Assembly (NCBI GenBank): GCA_965218795.1
Contig: OZ244653.1
Location: forward strand, 3,616,001-3,680,000
DNA length: 64,000 nt
DNA from: a bacterium
GTDB taxonomy: Bacteria; UBA8248; JACPRG01; G963555815
Direction of reading: 5' to 3'
Below are positions 10,070 to 19,922 of the stretch, in pieces. Every line of letters starts with the position of its first letter. The stretch's first letter is position 1. The position numbers and the translations under genes were made by a program. The notes under the pieces are model-generated. The model ran no database searches and was not told the origin of the DNA. It worked only from the letters and a program-made list of their open reading frames with translations.

Positions 10070-12148
10070 GTGATGGACCGACCTTTGCGTCTGCAGGGGA
10101 CCGATGGGATTCGCGCCGCCGTGGGTCCTGATAATGAAGCGAGCCGGCGGGATCCCCTGGGAACCTACCTGCGGACCGGACGCCTGACTCCGGCTTTCGC
10201 CACACTGTACGCCCGGGCCTTTGCGGAGGAGGAGACATCCCCCGGGGAGGAAGTCATTGTCGGATGGGACCCCCGGGACCGCGGCGGAGATTTCACCAAG
10301 GCGGTCGTCGGAGGCGTCCTCCAGGCCGGTCGCAGGCCGGTCGTTCTGGGAACCGTTCCGACCCCCGCCGTCCCCCTGCTCATGATCCGGCGGAAGTCCA
10401 ACGCCGGGATCATGGTGACGGCCTCGCACAACCCCGAAAGCCAGAACGGACTCAAGCTCTTCCTCGGCCCCCTCGCGACCAAGCTCTACCCGGCGGATGA
10501 GGAGCGGCTGACCCGGAAAGTGTACGACCTGGGTGGAAGTCCGGCCCGTTCGTCCTCGGAAGGAGAGCCTTTGCTGAGGGAGGCCGAGGCACGGAGAGCC
10601 TTCATCGATGACTCCTGCGACCCGTTCAATTCCTGGCTGCCCGAACCCGTCCCAGGCGGGTCCGGCGCAGCCGAGGGACCCTTGGCGGATCTTCTGCTCG
10701 TGGTGGACGCCGCGGGGGGAAGCATGGCGGGTTTGGCCGCCGATGTCCTCCGCCGCCTGGGGGCCGGCGAAGTGGTTGAAGTGAACGGCACCGGCGCCCC
10801 GATCAACGAGGATGGGGGGGTGGTCGATCTGGAACAGGTCCATTGGGTCGACGCCGATTGCCGAAGCGACGCCGGCAAGGACTTCAGCCGACACGCGGGG
10901 GTCGCCGCCTTGATCGAGGCCGCCGGCGGATGCCGCCCGGAGCTCCTGTCCGGAAAGCGTTGGGCCGCGGGCGCGGTTTTTGACGGCGACGGCGACCGCG
11001 CCGTTCTCCTGTTCTACGATCCGTTCAGCGAAGGGGCTGCGGTGCTGGACGGCGATCGGGCCGCCCTCCATATGGCGAGGTTTCTGTCGGACGCGGACCC
11101 GAATGGCTGGAAGGGGACCTCGTATGTCAATACGGTGGACAGCGACCTGGGTGCGGCGGCGGCCGCATCGGAGTTGGGGTTTGCGCCCGCGCTCTCGGCG
11201 GTCGGAGACAAGTGGTTGCTCTGGCGCGCGGGACTGGCCTGCGCCCGCGCAGGGGCCGATGAGGCGGGGGGGGCTTCGGGATCGCTGGGAGCGTTGGAGG
11301 CGGGAGAGGGCGACGCCCGCGCGCTCGCCGCGTATCTGCGGGATCTGAGCCGGGAGCCGGCCGATGCCTTGCTGACCCCCGGAAGGATCCCCTTTGCCCT
11401 GGGGAGCGAGGCGTCGGGCCATCACGTGACCCTGGGGCGCACGCAGGTCGACGGAAACTTCTCTCCCGTATTCGCCGGCAACGGCCTCAAGGCGGCGACA
11501 AACACCCTTGCGGCGATTCGGGCGCTCTCCATGGGAAGGTCCGTCGGCGAGTGGGTCGAGGCGGTGTGCCGACCTTACCCGACGGGGTATCGAAAAACCT
11601 ACTACGCCTTTTACACGGACCGGGAGAAATTCGCGCCCGGGACCGATGCCTGGCGCAAGATGGAAGAGCTTCTCCCCCGGACGTGCGAATCGAAGTTGGG
11701 GAAGCGCTGCCGGTCCCGCCGGTTGAGAATCTCCGAAGACCCCGGCATGCTGTATCTCGCGCTGGAGGATGCCGAGGGCGTTCAGCGGGCCGCGGTTTTC
11801 GTCCGGAATTCCGGGACGGAGGAACGGACGGGCGTGACGGTCCAGGGCGTTCCGGGCGAGGCGGCGGCTCTGGATGAAATCGGAGAGACTGGCCTCCGCT
11901 CTCTCCTCGCGGACCTCAAGCGCGGCGGCCATCCGTACGCTGAGGCGGAGAGGGAGATATTGGGACGGCTCACGGGCGGAACGTTAAGCGTCGAGGAAGC
12001 CGGAAAAGAGGTAGGGAAACATGTAGAGGTCCGGCGACTGTTCAAGGAAATGAAGCGCCAGGGCCTGATTCTCGTGGAGGGCGGGACCGTTGCCGCAACG
12101 GACATCGGTCGGTGGTACGCGGAGAATGCGGCGGCGCCGTCAGGGTGA
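10070..12148 (+). CDS. Phosphohexomutase (GlmM-like), extended, 692 aa
   Basis: GTDGIR, VTASHNP (phosphoserine), DGDGDR (metal loop), VGDK, GSEASGH, RNSGTE. Confidence 0.8.
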   Translation: MMDRPLRLQGTDGIRAAVGPDNEASRRDPLGTYLRTGRLTPAFATLYARAFAEEETSPGEEVIVGWDPRDRGGDFTKAVVGGVLQAGRRPVVLGTVPTPAVPLLMIRRKSNAGIMVTASHNPESQNGLKLFLGPLATKLYPADEERLTRKVYDLGGSPARSSSEGEPLLREAEARRAFIDDSCDPFNSWLPEPVPGGSGAAEGPLADLLLVVDAAGGSMAGLAADVLRRLGAGEVVEVNGTGAPINEDGGVVDLEQVHWVDADCRSDAGKDFSRHAGVAALIEAAGGCRPELLSGKRWAAGAVFDGDGDRAVLLFYDPFSEGAAVLDGDRAALHMARFLSDADPNGWKGTSYVNTVDSDLGAAAAASELGFAPALSAVGDKWLLWRAGLACARAGADEAGGASGSLGALEAGEGDARALAAYLRDLSREPADALLTPGRIPFALGSEASGHHVTLGRTQVDGNFSPVFAGNGLKAATNTLAAIRALSMGRSVGEWVEAVCRPYPTGYRKTYYAFYTDREKFAPGTDAWRKMEELLPRTCESKLGKRCRSRRLRISEDPGMLYLALEDAEGVQRAAVFVRNSGTEERTGVTVQGVPGEAAALDEIGETGLRSLLADLKRGGHPYAEAEREILGRLTGGTLSVEEAGKEVGKHVEVRRLFKEMKRQGLILVEGGTVAATDIGRWYAENAAAPSG

Positions 12149-12160
12149 CGAGGGAGAGGA

Positions 12161-12955
12161 ATGAGCAATCGGCCTGAAACCCGGCCCGGATTTTATTTTC
12201 CGGGGGACGACGACCCATGGGTCGCCGGGCTTTTCCGCGATACCGAACGGGTTTGGGAGGGGGTTCCCCGAATTGCCGGCGCCATCGATGAAGTGATCGC
12301 CGAAAGCGAGGCCCCGGCCGGGGCGGTACCGCCCGGAATCGGGCTCCACGACGGGATGATCACCGCCGACGCGCTGGTTCGGGTTTCCGAAGATATCCTC
12401 CTGCCCGAGTTGCGGATCCTGATTCGGGCGGGGGCGGTCCTGGAGCCGGGCGTCCTGATCAAATCCGGCGCCCTGGTCGGCGAAGGAGCGGAGCTCCGCC
12501 AGGGGGCGTACCTCCGCGGGGATGCGATCATCGCCGGCGGCGCCATCGTCGGCCATGTGAGCGAGGTCAAGAATTCGGTCTTTTTCGCCGGCGCGGAGGC
12601 CGGGCACTTCGCCTACGTGGGGGACAGCATCCTGGGCCGGCGCGTCAACCTGGGCGCGGGGACCAAGCTGGCCAATCTCCAGCTCAGGACGCCGAAGCAG
12701 AAGGCCGGGGACGCTCCATGCTCCGTCACATTGTCCGCGGACGGATCGATCCTGGACACCGGCCTGCGCAAGCTCGGAGCCATCCTGGGCGACGACGTGG
12801 AGATCGGATGCAATACCGTCACCTCGCCCGGAACGCTGGTCGGCCCCCGCACCTGGATATATTCGACCACGACGGTCCGGAAAGGTTTTTATCCGGCCGA
12901 TGCCATCATCCGCCCCGAGTCGAGAGACCTGGAAACCATCCCGAAGAAGAAGTAG
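12161..12955 (+). CDS. Stand-alone hexapeptide-repeat acetyltransferase (GlmU C-domain-like)
   Basis: ELRQGAYLRG..VGHVSEVKNS..GHFAYVGDSILGRRVNLGAGTKLAN..KLGAILGD. Confidence 0.8.
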   Translation: MSNRPETRPGFYFPGDDDPWVAGLFRDTERVWEGVPRIAGAIDEVIAESEAPAGAVPPGIGLHDGMITADALVRVSEDILLPELRILIRAGAVLEPGVLIKSGALVGEGAELRQGAYLRGDAIIAGGAIVGHVSEVKNSVFFAGAEAGHFAYVGDSILGRRVNLGAGTKLANLQLRTPKQKAGDAPCSVTLSADGSILDTGLRKLGAILGDDVEIGCNTVTSPGTLVGPRTWIYSTTTVRKGFYPADAIIRPESRDLETIPKKK

Positions 12956-12962
12956 CCCCTCC

Positions 12963-15260
12963 GTGCATTCCTACCTCGAAGGTCTGACGGATCAGCAAAG
13001 AGAAGCCGTGCTCCACGAGGGCTCCCCCCTGCTCGTCCTTGCCGGGGCGGGATCCGGGAAGACCCGTGTGGTCACGCGGCGCATCGCCCGTCTGATCACG
13101 GAGGGCCTCGCGCGGCCCCAAGAGGTTCTCGCCCTGACCTTCACCAACAAGGCGGCGGGGGAGATGCGGGAGCGCGCCCTGCGCCTCCTGGCGGGTGAAG
13201 ACGGGGAGTCCGTCGGGAGAGCCGGTGCGCGGGGAGGCGATCGAGGGGACGCGGATCCCGCTCCGGCCCGTCTGCTCTGGGTCTCGACCTTCCATTCGGC
13301 CTGCGCCCGGATCCTCCGGTACGACGGCAAGGCCCTGGGGCTCGAGCCCGATTTCACGATATATGACGCCGCGGACAGCCTGGCCGCGATCACCGCGGTC
13401 GCCTCCGACCTGGGAATCAACCGGGATCTCTACGCCCCCCGCCTGCTCTTGTCGGTGATCCGCAGGGCCAAAAGCCAAGGGATCGGACCGGATCAGTTCG
13501 AGGGCCTGGGTTTCGGCGTGGACGCCAAGGTGCGGCAGGTCTACCCGGCCTATCAGGCCCGCCTTCGGGAATCGGGCGCGGCCGACTTCGACGATCTGCT
13601 CTTCATGACGACCCGGCTGTTCGAGGAACATACCGATATCCTGAATGCTTACCGGGAACGCTTCCGCCGGATTCTGATCGACGAGTACCAGGACACCAAC
13701 GGCGCCCAGCACCACCTCCTCAAGCTCCTGGCCGGGCAAGGCGGGAACCTCTGCGTGGTGGGGGATGAGGACCAAAGCATCTACAAATGGCGCGGCGCCG
13801 AGGTGGAAGGGATCCTTCAGATGGAGCGGGCCTACCCGGGAACCCGCGTCATCCGTCTGGAGAAAAACTTCCGGTCATCGGCCGCCATCCTTCGCGGGGC
13901 CGCGGGCGTGATCGGGCGAAACCGCCGCCGGCGGAACAAGGCCCTCATCCCCACGCGGGAAGCCGGCGAGAAGCTGGTCCTCTATTCGGCCCTGGACGAT
14001 GGGGCCGAGGCGGAGTACGTCGCCTCCAAAGTGATTGACATCCGAAGAGGGCCGGGCGACCCGTCCGGACCGAGCAGCACGGCGGTGTTTTTCCGTACGC
14101 ACGCCCAGTCGCGCCCGTTCGAGGAGGCCTTCCGCCGCCACCGCATCCCGCACCGCGTGGTGGCCGGGCTCCGTTTCTTCGACCGGAAGGAGATCAAGGA
14201 TGTCGTTTCCTATTGCAAGGTCCTGGTGAACCCAAGGGCCGAGGACGCGCTCCTGCGGATCATCAACGTTCCGCCCCGCGGGATCGGCGGGACGACGGTC
14301 CAACGGCTGAAGGAGGCCGTCCGGGAGACCGGCCGGTCGATTTGGGACGTCATCGCCCGTCCGGGCGAGGCGGTTCGTGGCTCGGCCAAAAGCCGGGTGG
14401 CGGATTTCCATGAACTCATGGCGCGATTGGCGGAAGAAGCCGTGCGCCTGCCGGTCGTGGACCTGTTCCGGAGCCTCCAGGTCCGGACGGGGTATGCGGA
14501 GTTTTGCCGCGAGACGGGCCGGGAAGCGGTCTTGAAGGAGTTTGCGGATTCCCTGGAGAAGTTCCAGGGCGAATGGAAATCGGACGCCGCCCCCCGGCTG
14601 CGGGATTATCTGGACGAGGCCGCTTTGCTGAGCGACATCGATACCGTCGAAGGCCAACCCGGGGGGGAAGTCCTCCTCATGACCCTTCATGCGGCCAAGG
14701 GCCTTGAGTTCGACACCGTTTTCCTGACCGGCGTGGAAGAGGGTCTCATCCCCCACAGCCAGTCCCTGCGGGCCGCGGAGGGCGATATCGAGGAAGAGCG
14801 CCGCCTCTTTTACGTTGGGATGACCCGCGCGCAAAATCGACTGATCCTCACCCGGGCGCTGACGCGAACCCTGTACGGCCAAACGCGCTCTCATCCGGAA
14901 TCGGTCTTCCTGTCCGAAATCCCGGAGGATGTTCTGACACGGGAGGGCGGGGAAGGCCGCTTCGGGCAGAAGGCCGCCTTCTCGGATGCGGGAGGGGATG
15001 GGCGGCGGCGGAGGCCGAGGCGTGGAGAGGAGCCCGCCGGGCCGCGGGGAGGTCATTTTTCAGGGCAGGCGGAATCCGAGGCCCGAACGTCGTCGGCCGG
15101 GCAATGGAAGATGGGGGCCCGTGTCCTTCACGACACCTTCGGGTCGGGGACGATCGTCGAGAGCCGGGGCTCGGGCGACGAGCTCTGCGTCACCGTCCGC
15201 TTCGCGACCGGGACGAAGCAGCTGATGATCAAATACGCGCCGATGCGCATTGCGGGCTAG
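12963..15260 (+). CDS. uvrD: UvrD/PcrA ATP-dependent DNA helicase
   Basis: LAGAGSGKT, TFTNKAA, DEYQDTN, VGDEDQSIYKWRGA, TLHAAKGLEF, EERRLFYVGMTRA, C-terminal Tudor-like VLHDTFGSG. Confidence 0.92.
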   Translation: MHSYLEGLTDQQREAVLHEGSPLLVLAGAGSGKTRVVTRRIARLITEGLARPQEVLALTFTNKAAGEMRERALRLLAGEDGESVGRAGARGGDRGDADPAPARLLWVSTFHSACARILRYDGKALGLEPDFTIYDAADSLAAITAVASDLGINRDLYAPRLLLSVIRRAKSQGIGPDQFEGLGFGVDAKVRQVYPAYQARLRESGAADFDDLLFMTTRLFEEHTDILNAYRERFRRILIDEYQDTNGAQHHLLKLLAGQGGNLCVVGDEDQSIYKWRGAEVEGILQMERAYPGTRVIRLEKNFRSSAAILRGAAGVIGRNRRRRNKALIPTREAGEKLVLYSALDDGAEAEYVASKVIDIRRGPGDPSGPSSTAVFFRTHAQSRPFEEAFRRHRIPHRVVAGLRFFDRKEIKDVVSYCKVLVNPRAEDALLRIINVPPRGIGGTTVQRLKEAVRETGRSIWDVIARPGEAVRGSAKSRVADFHELMARLAEEAVRLPVVDLFRSLQVRTGYAEFCRETGREAVLKEFADSLEKFQGEWKSDAAPRLRDYLDEAALLSDIDTVEGQPGGEVLLMTLHAAKGLEFDTVFLTGVEEGLIPHSQSLRAAEGDIEEERRLFYVGMTRAQNRLILTRALTRTLYGQTRSHPESVFLSEIPEDVLTREGGEGRFGQKAAFSDAGGDGRRRRPRRGEEPAGPRGGHFSGQAESEARTSSAGQWKMGARVLHDTFGSGTIVESRGSGDELCVTVRFATGTKQLMIKYAPMRIAG

Positions 15261-15325
15261 GGCTGGCCAAATGTGTCCTTCGGCTGTTACATTATGAGGG
15301 TAACAGAACTCTGGAGAACCCGGCA

Positions 15326-15613
15326 TTGGAATTAACCAGGGAACAGATCGATCACATCTCGCAGCTCGCGCGGCTGAACTTCTCCGAGGAAGAGCGTGAG
15401 CAGTTCCGGGAACAGCTCGCCGGTATCCTCTCCTATGTCGGGATGCTGAATGACGTCGATACGGCGGACGTCGAGCCGGTGACGACCGTCCTTCCCCAGG
15501 TGAACGTCTTCCGGGAAGACGAGGTCCGCAAACCGCTCCCGCAGGAAGATTTTCTCTCGCTCGCCCCCTCGGCCGATCACGGCCACTACAAGGTCCCGAA
15601 AGTCATTGAATAG
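15326..15613 (+). CDS. gatC: Asp/Glu-tRNA amidotransferase subunit C
   Basis: TTG start after ggag; IDHISQLARL..LAGILSYVGMLNDVDTADVEP..NVFRED..YKVPKVIE. Confidence 0.92.
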   Translation: MELTREQIDHISQLARLNFSEEEREQFREQLAGILSYVGMLNDVDTADVEPVTTVLPQVNVFREDEVRKPLPQEDFLSLAPSADHGHYKVPKVIE

Positions 15614-15621
15614 AGAGAGCG

Positions 15622-15752
15622 GGCACGGCCTGCTCCGGTTTCGCCGGGCACAGGCGTTGGATTCATGTAAGATACCCTCCTCCAGCCCGGCTTCGGCGCC
15701 TTGAAGGCGCCGCAAAACGCTGAGGCCTGTTGCCTCCAGAATGTCCTCTCAC
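15622..15752 (-). repeat. Copy of dispersed ~130-bp repeat family
   Basis: ggcacggcctgctccggtttcgccgggcaca..gataccctcctccagcccggct shared with 36028-36097; ends match the 47.6-48.0 kb units in reverse. Confidence 0.8.
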
Positions 15753-15817
15753 CCTTTTTGGTCTTGCCCCCCGGAAAAACTTTGGAAATGATACGCTTGA
15801 CTGGTCAGGTCTTTTTT

Positions 15818-16046
15818 CTGGATTCCCGCTTCCGCGGGAATGACAGGCTGTTGTACGTGGGCCTCGTTTGTCATTCCTGCGCAAGCAGGAACCCACTCTC
15901 CGACTGAAACACTCGGGGACAGGCTCCGCGGGAATGACCCCCGCCTGAAACCGTTGGGGCGGGGGCGCTGGGGGACCGGCATGGTTCTGGTGATCATTCC
16001 CGCCCCCGACTCAAGCCTTCGGGGACAGGCTGCAACGGGAATCCAT
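15818..16046. repeat. Cluster of REP-like palindromes (GTCATTCCCGC..GCGGGAATCCA type)
   Basis: ctggattcccgcttccgcgggaatgaca (15818-15845), inverted tgtcattcctgcgcaagcaggaaccca (15869-15895), plus two interrupted copies. Confidence 0.8.
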
Positions 16047-16573
16047 CTCGACGGAGAAATCGACTTACGCGGCGCCTGACGATCTCGAGGCGCGGTACGG
16101 GTCTACGGCAATCTCCGAAGAATGATACCCCTGGCTGGTCAAGCGTATCATTCCCAAAACTTTCCTTTCGCTGCGCAAGTGGCGGTGTATGCCTGTGCCT
16201 GGGTCGCAGTCTGCGGCAATCTCGCGGCGGTGTCCCCTTGTGGCTGACTCTGGGATGGCCGCATGGGTGACGGGCTTCGGCTTCATATACGCCTGCCTGG
16301 ATGACGACTTCGACCGTTCAGAGGAGGTGCGCGCTCCATCCCCGCGCGGTTCGGCATTGCAAGCGCCCTGCGGCTCTCCGCAATTCTGCATCCCGTCACC
16401 ATTTTTCCTTTCTCGAGGCGGGCAGATCGGGTAACCTTGGGGAATCTATTGGATTGGCTGGCGGGTAGCGGGATTCTGGTCTGTGAGCATCTCCTGGCGA
16501 GGCTCACCGATCTGTCGCGGGCAAATTTTTTTCGTTCTTTGACCTGAACGCCTGGTTCAGTGTCGTCGTCGGG

Positions 16574-17605
16574 TTGGGGGTGGTCGCTGATGTCCTCTGG
16601 CGTTCGCATGGGCGAAAAGACCTCCGATGGGGAAGGGGGAAGAGGTTGAGATTCCGTGGATTGGCCGTGAGACTGGTCGTGCTGTTCTTGATGGGCGGCA
16701 CCGGATTACTGTTGAAAGCCGGAGTGGCCCGGGGCGCGGAGAAAGAGATTCGCCTGGGCATCCTGCCCATTGTCGACGCGCTTCCCTACATCATCATCTC
16801 CGATAAGGGGCTCGACCGGAAACACGGTTTCCGGTTCATCACCTTTCCGTTCCAGAGCGCGCTGGAGCGGGACGCGGCGCTGACCTCCGGTTCCGCCGAT
16901 GGCGGCCTGAGCGATATGATCACGGCCACTGTCATGGTCTCGCGGAATGTCGACGTCGCGGTCGCCGCGCTCCTTCTGGGCGCGGTGGGGAAGGAAGGCC
17001 CGTTTTACATCCTGGGGTCCCCCAAGGGCGGCCCGGCGACCTTGAGCGCGCTGAAGGGCATGCCCATTGGGATTTCCTCGAACACGATCATCCAGTACGT
17101 AACGGACCGCATGCTGCAGGCCAGGGGATTCGGACCGGACGATATCAAGACGGTAGAGGTCAAGAAGATCCCTTTGCGGTTCCAGATGCTCATGACCGGC
17201 CAGATCGGAGCCGCGACACTGCCCGATCCGCTGGCAACGCTCGCCATCGCCAAAGGGGCGAAGCCCCTCGCCAACGATGTCGCTGACAACCTGTCCCAGT
17301 CCATCACCATGTTCACCGGCCGGGCCATCCGGGCCAAGACGTCGACGATGAAGGCCTACGCCCGCGCTTACAACGAGGCGGTGGACGCGATCAACGCGGA
17401 CCCCGATTCCTGGAAGGGCCTCCTCGTCAAGAAGGCGCGTCTCCCCAAGCCCATCCTGAACAGTTATTCCGTGGTCCCGTTCCCGAGGATTCAGCTCCCG
17501 TCGCGGGAGAAGGCGGAAGACGTCATCCGGTGGGCAAAAGGGAAAAAGCTCCTGAAGGATCCCGTGACGTACGAGAAGCTGACTACAAAGATCCTGTTGG
17601 ATTGA
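16574..17605 (+). CDS. NitT/TauT-family ABC transporter substrate-binding protein (true start probably ~16667-16690)
   Basis: IRLGILPIVDALP, FQSALERDAAL, IGISSNTIIQY, IPLRFQML..GAATLPDPLA; next to the cognate ATPase and permease. Confidence 0.82.
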   Translation: MGVVADVLWRSHGRKDLRWGRGKRLRFRGLAVRLVVLFLMGGTGLLLKAGVARGAEKEIRLGILPIVDALPYIIISDKGLDRKHGFRFITFPFQSALERDAALTSGSADGGLSDMITATVMVSRNVDVAVAALLLGAVGKEGPFYILGSPKGGPATLSALKGMPIGISSNTIIQYVTDRMLQARGFGPDDIKTVEVKKIPLRFQMLMTGQIGAATLPDPLATLAIAKGAKPLANDVADNLSQSITMFTGRAIRAKTSTMKAYARAYNEAVDAINADPDSWKGLLVKKARLPKPILNSYSVVPFPRIQLPSREKAEDVIRWAKGKKLLKDPVTYEKLTTKILLD

Positions 17606-17629
17606 GTGGCTCCCAAGAGCGGGAAAACC

Positions 17630-17824
17630 CAGGGAGATTCTTGGGGAGGCAACGTACCTCTACTGCGATTTCGCATCTCACCGATAATTGTTTCCGTTCC
17701 GCGCTTGATCCACACGCAGCCAGCCAATCCGCCCTTCACCGCGAGCAGGCCGCGTCGCAGGCGCGGCCGTCAAAAGTTTTTGAAGGGGGCCACAGGGGGA
17801 ACCATTTTCAAAATGTTCCCCCTG
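17630..17824 (+). repeat. Composite ~195-bp repeat element with imperfect terminal inverted repeats
   Basis: ggaggcaacg at 17645, gagcaggccgcg at 17743, then aaaagtttt..ggggaaccattttcaaaatgttcccc; same layout as 49697-49900. Confidence 0.65.
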
Positions 17825-17902
17825 ACTGACGAACTTGCTTTCAAACCTTGATGTAGACACCCTGCTCTCCCTGTTTTTACTGTGGAACTATCCGTTGAAT
17901 CC

Positions 17903-18652
17903 ATGATCCAAGTCGAGCATCTCTCCTTCGCTTACGGTGATCATCCCGTCCTGGAGGACATCACCTTTTCCGTGCCCCCTGGGGGCAGCCTGGCGGTCAT
18001 CGGACCCTCCGGGTGCGGGAAGACCACCCTGCTCTACAACTTGGCGGGCCTGCGGACTCCTGTCGCCGGCCGGGTGAGGATCGGCGGGGCCTTGATCCGC
18101 GGTCCGCGGGACAAAACCGCAGTCATTCTCCAACACTACGGCCTCTTCCCCTGGAAGACTGTTTTCGAAAATGCCGCCCTCGGACTCCGGATTCGCGGGA
18201 CGCCAGCCGCGGGGCGCATGCAGCGGGTCACCGCGATCCTCGAAGAACTGGGAATCGCCGCCCTTCGGGACCGGTATCCCAGCCAGATCTCGGGCGGTCA
18301 GCGGCAGCGCGTCGCCATCGCGCGCGCCCTGGCTATGGACCCCGACCTGTTGATCATGGACGAGCCGCTCTCCTCATTGGACGCCCTGACCCGTGAGGCG
18401 CACCAAAACCTCCTGCTGTCGCTTTGGCGGGAGAAGGGAATGACGCTGGTCCTCGTGAGTCACAGCATTACCGAGGCGGCCTACCTGGGCCAGCAGGTTG
18501 CGATTCTGTCCGACGGGCCGGCCCGGATCAAGGAAATCCTCGACAATTCCCGCGTGGGCGAGGAAGACTACCGGAGCCACCCGGACTATCACGACATCTG
18601 CACCCGGCTTCGGGGTCTGCTGAGAGGAGCGATGGATGAGGCGGTGGGTTAG
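17903..18652 (+). CDS. NitT/TauT-family ABC transporter ATP-binding protein
   Basis: GPSGCGKTT, LFPWKTV, ISGGQRQR, LIMDEPLSSLD. Confidence 0.9.
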   Translation: MIQVEHLSFAYGDHPVLEDITFSVPPGGSLAVIGPSGCGKTTLLYNLAGLRTPVAGRVRIGGALIRGPRDKTAVILQHYGLFPWKTVFENAALGLRIRGTPAAGRMQRVTAILEELGIAALRDRYPSQISGGQRQRVAIARALAMDPDLLIMDEPLSSLDALTREAHQNLLLSLWREKGMTLVLVSHSITEAAYLGQQVAILSDGPARIKEILDNSRVGEEDYRSHPDYHDICTRLRGLLRGAMDEAVG

Positions 18653-19373
18653 GTACCTCTTGACGGCGGCTGTGTTGATCCTCTTGTGGGAGCTGGTGGC
18701 GCTGGCCCTGAAGAACGAGGCGCTTCCGGAGCCCTGGCGGGTCGTGATTCAGTTTTTTGCTCTCCTTGCCGCCGATCTCCCCGTGCATTTCGGCGTCAGC
18801 GTCTATCGGGTTGCGGCGGCCGTCGTGTTCGCCGTCGCCGCGGGCCTGCCGCTGGGTCTGTTGATGGGCCGTCTCCCCAAGGCGGACGCCTACATGGCCC
18901 CCGCCGTCTACCTGACCTATCCCATCCCGAAGATTGTCCTCTTGCCCATCATTCTCCTGTTTTTGGGACTGGGGGACGCGTCGAAGATCGCCGTGATCGC
19001 CCTCATCCTGTTTTTCCAAATCCTGGTGACTGTCCGGGATGCAGTCCGCGGGATCGACGAGGAGTATTTCCTGTCGGTCCGCTCGCTCAACGCACGGGGT
19101 TGGGATGTCTTGCGGCACGTCGTCCTGCCCGCGACCGTGGCGGAGCTCCTGACCGCCCTTCGGATCAGCGTTGGAACATCGGTGGCCGTCCTGTTCTTCG
19201 TCGAGACCATCGGCGCCCGCCGGGGTTTGGGCTATTTCATTCAGGACGCCTGGGCCCGGGTGAATTATCAGGAGATGTACGCGGGCATTCTCGCCATGAG
19301 CCTTCTTGGCGTTTTCCTCTACGAGGTTCTGGAACAGGCCGAAAAGCGGGCCTGCCGCTGGAAGCGAGTGTGA
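18636..19373 (+). CDS. NitT/TauT-family ABC transporter permease
   Basis: Hydrophobic; YPIPKIVLLP, HVVLPA, GLGYFIQDAW..MYAGI; overlaps the ATPase stop. Confidence 0.9.
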   Translation: MRRWVRYLLTAAVLILLWELVALALKNEALPEPWRVVIQFFALLAADLPVHFGVSVYRVAAAVVFAVAAGLPLGLLMGRLPKADAYMAPAVYLTYPIPKIVLLPIILLFLGLGDASKIAVIALILFFQILVTVRDAVRGIDEEYFLSVRSLNARGWDVLRHVVLPATVAELLTALRISVGTSVAVLFFVETIGARRGLGYFIQDAWARVNYQEMYAGILAMSLLGVFLYEVLEQAEKRACRWKRV

Positions 19374-19634
19374 GAGAACGGCTTTGCGGCCCCCTGAATC
19401 TTCCGAAGCGATGCAATAATTTGCGAGGGGCGCTTTTGGAAGGTGACGCCCCTCTCTCGCAACAAGGTTTCTTGGCAAAGTAACAGAGTAACAGGTGGAC
19501 CCGCCTCCACATCGTAAAAAGACCCGTTCTCCCATCGTGCGCTGCTCGCACGATTCGGAGAACCACGCATTCCGCCCTGCCCTGCTGGTCATGGACGGCC
19601 TAAATCACCTATAATCAACGAATTGCGCCATAAA

Positions 19635-19661
19635 TTAGCACTCCGTCCTGGGGAGTGCCAA
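19635..19661. promoter_or_regulatory. CIRCE operator (HrcA binding site)
   Basis: TTAGCACTC-cgtcctggg-GAGTGCCAA, one mismatch to TTAGCACTC-N9-GAGTGCTAA; TATAAT at 19610-19615 just upstream. Confidence 0.85.
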
Positions 19662-19922
19662 TAATCTCTTGATTCATGTTTGCGGATCGATTATATATTC
19701 TCTCAAAGGATTGAGGGTAAAGCGGGATCGGGTCATGCCTGTGGGGTGAGGCGCTCAAATGGTCTGATTCGATGTCCTTTATCCGAATCGAAGAATTAAA
19801 AATTTCTAATCTCATTGCTGATCTCCCCGTTGGACCTAAGTATCGGGGAACTCGGAAAGACTCGAGGCGGCGTCTTTCGGGACGTTCGTCCATTTGAAGA
19901 TGAGCACAGGGGAAGAACTGGC

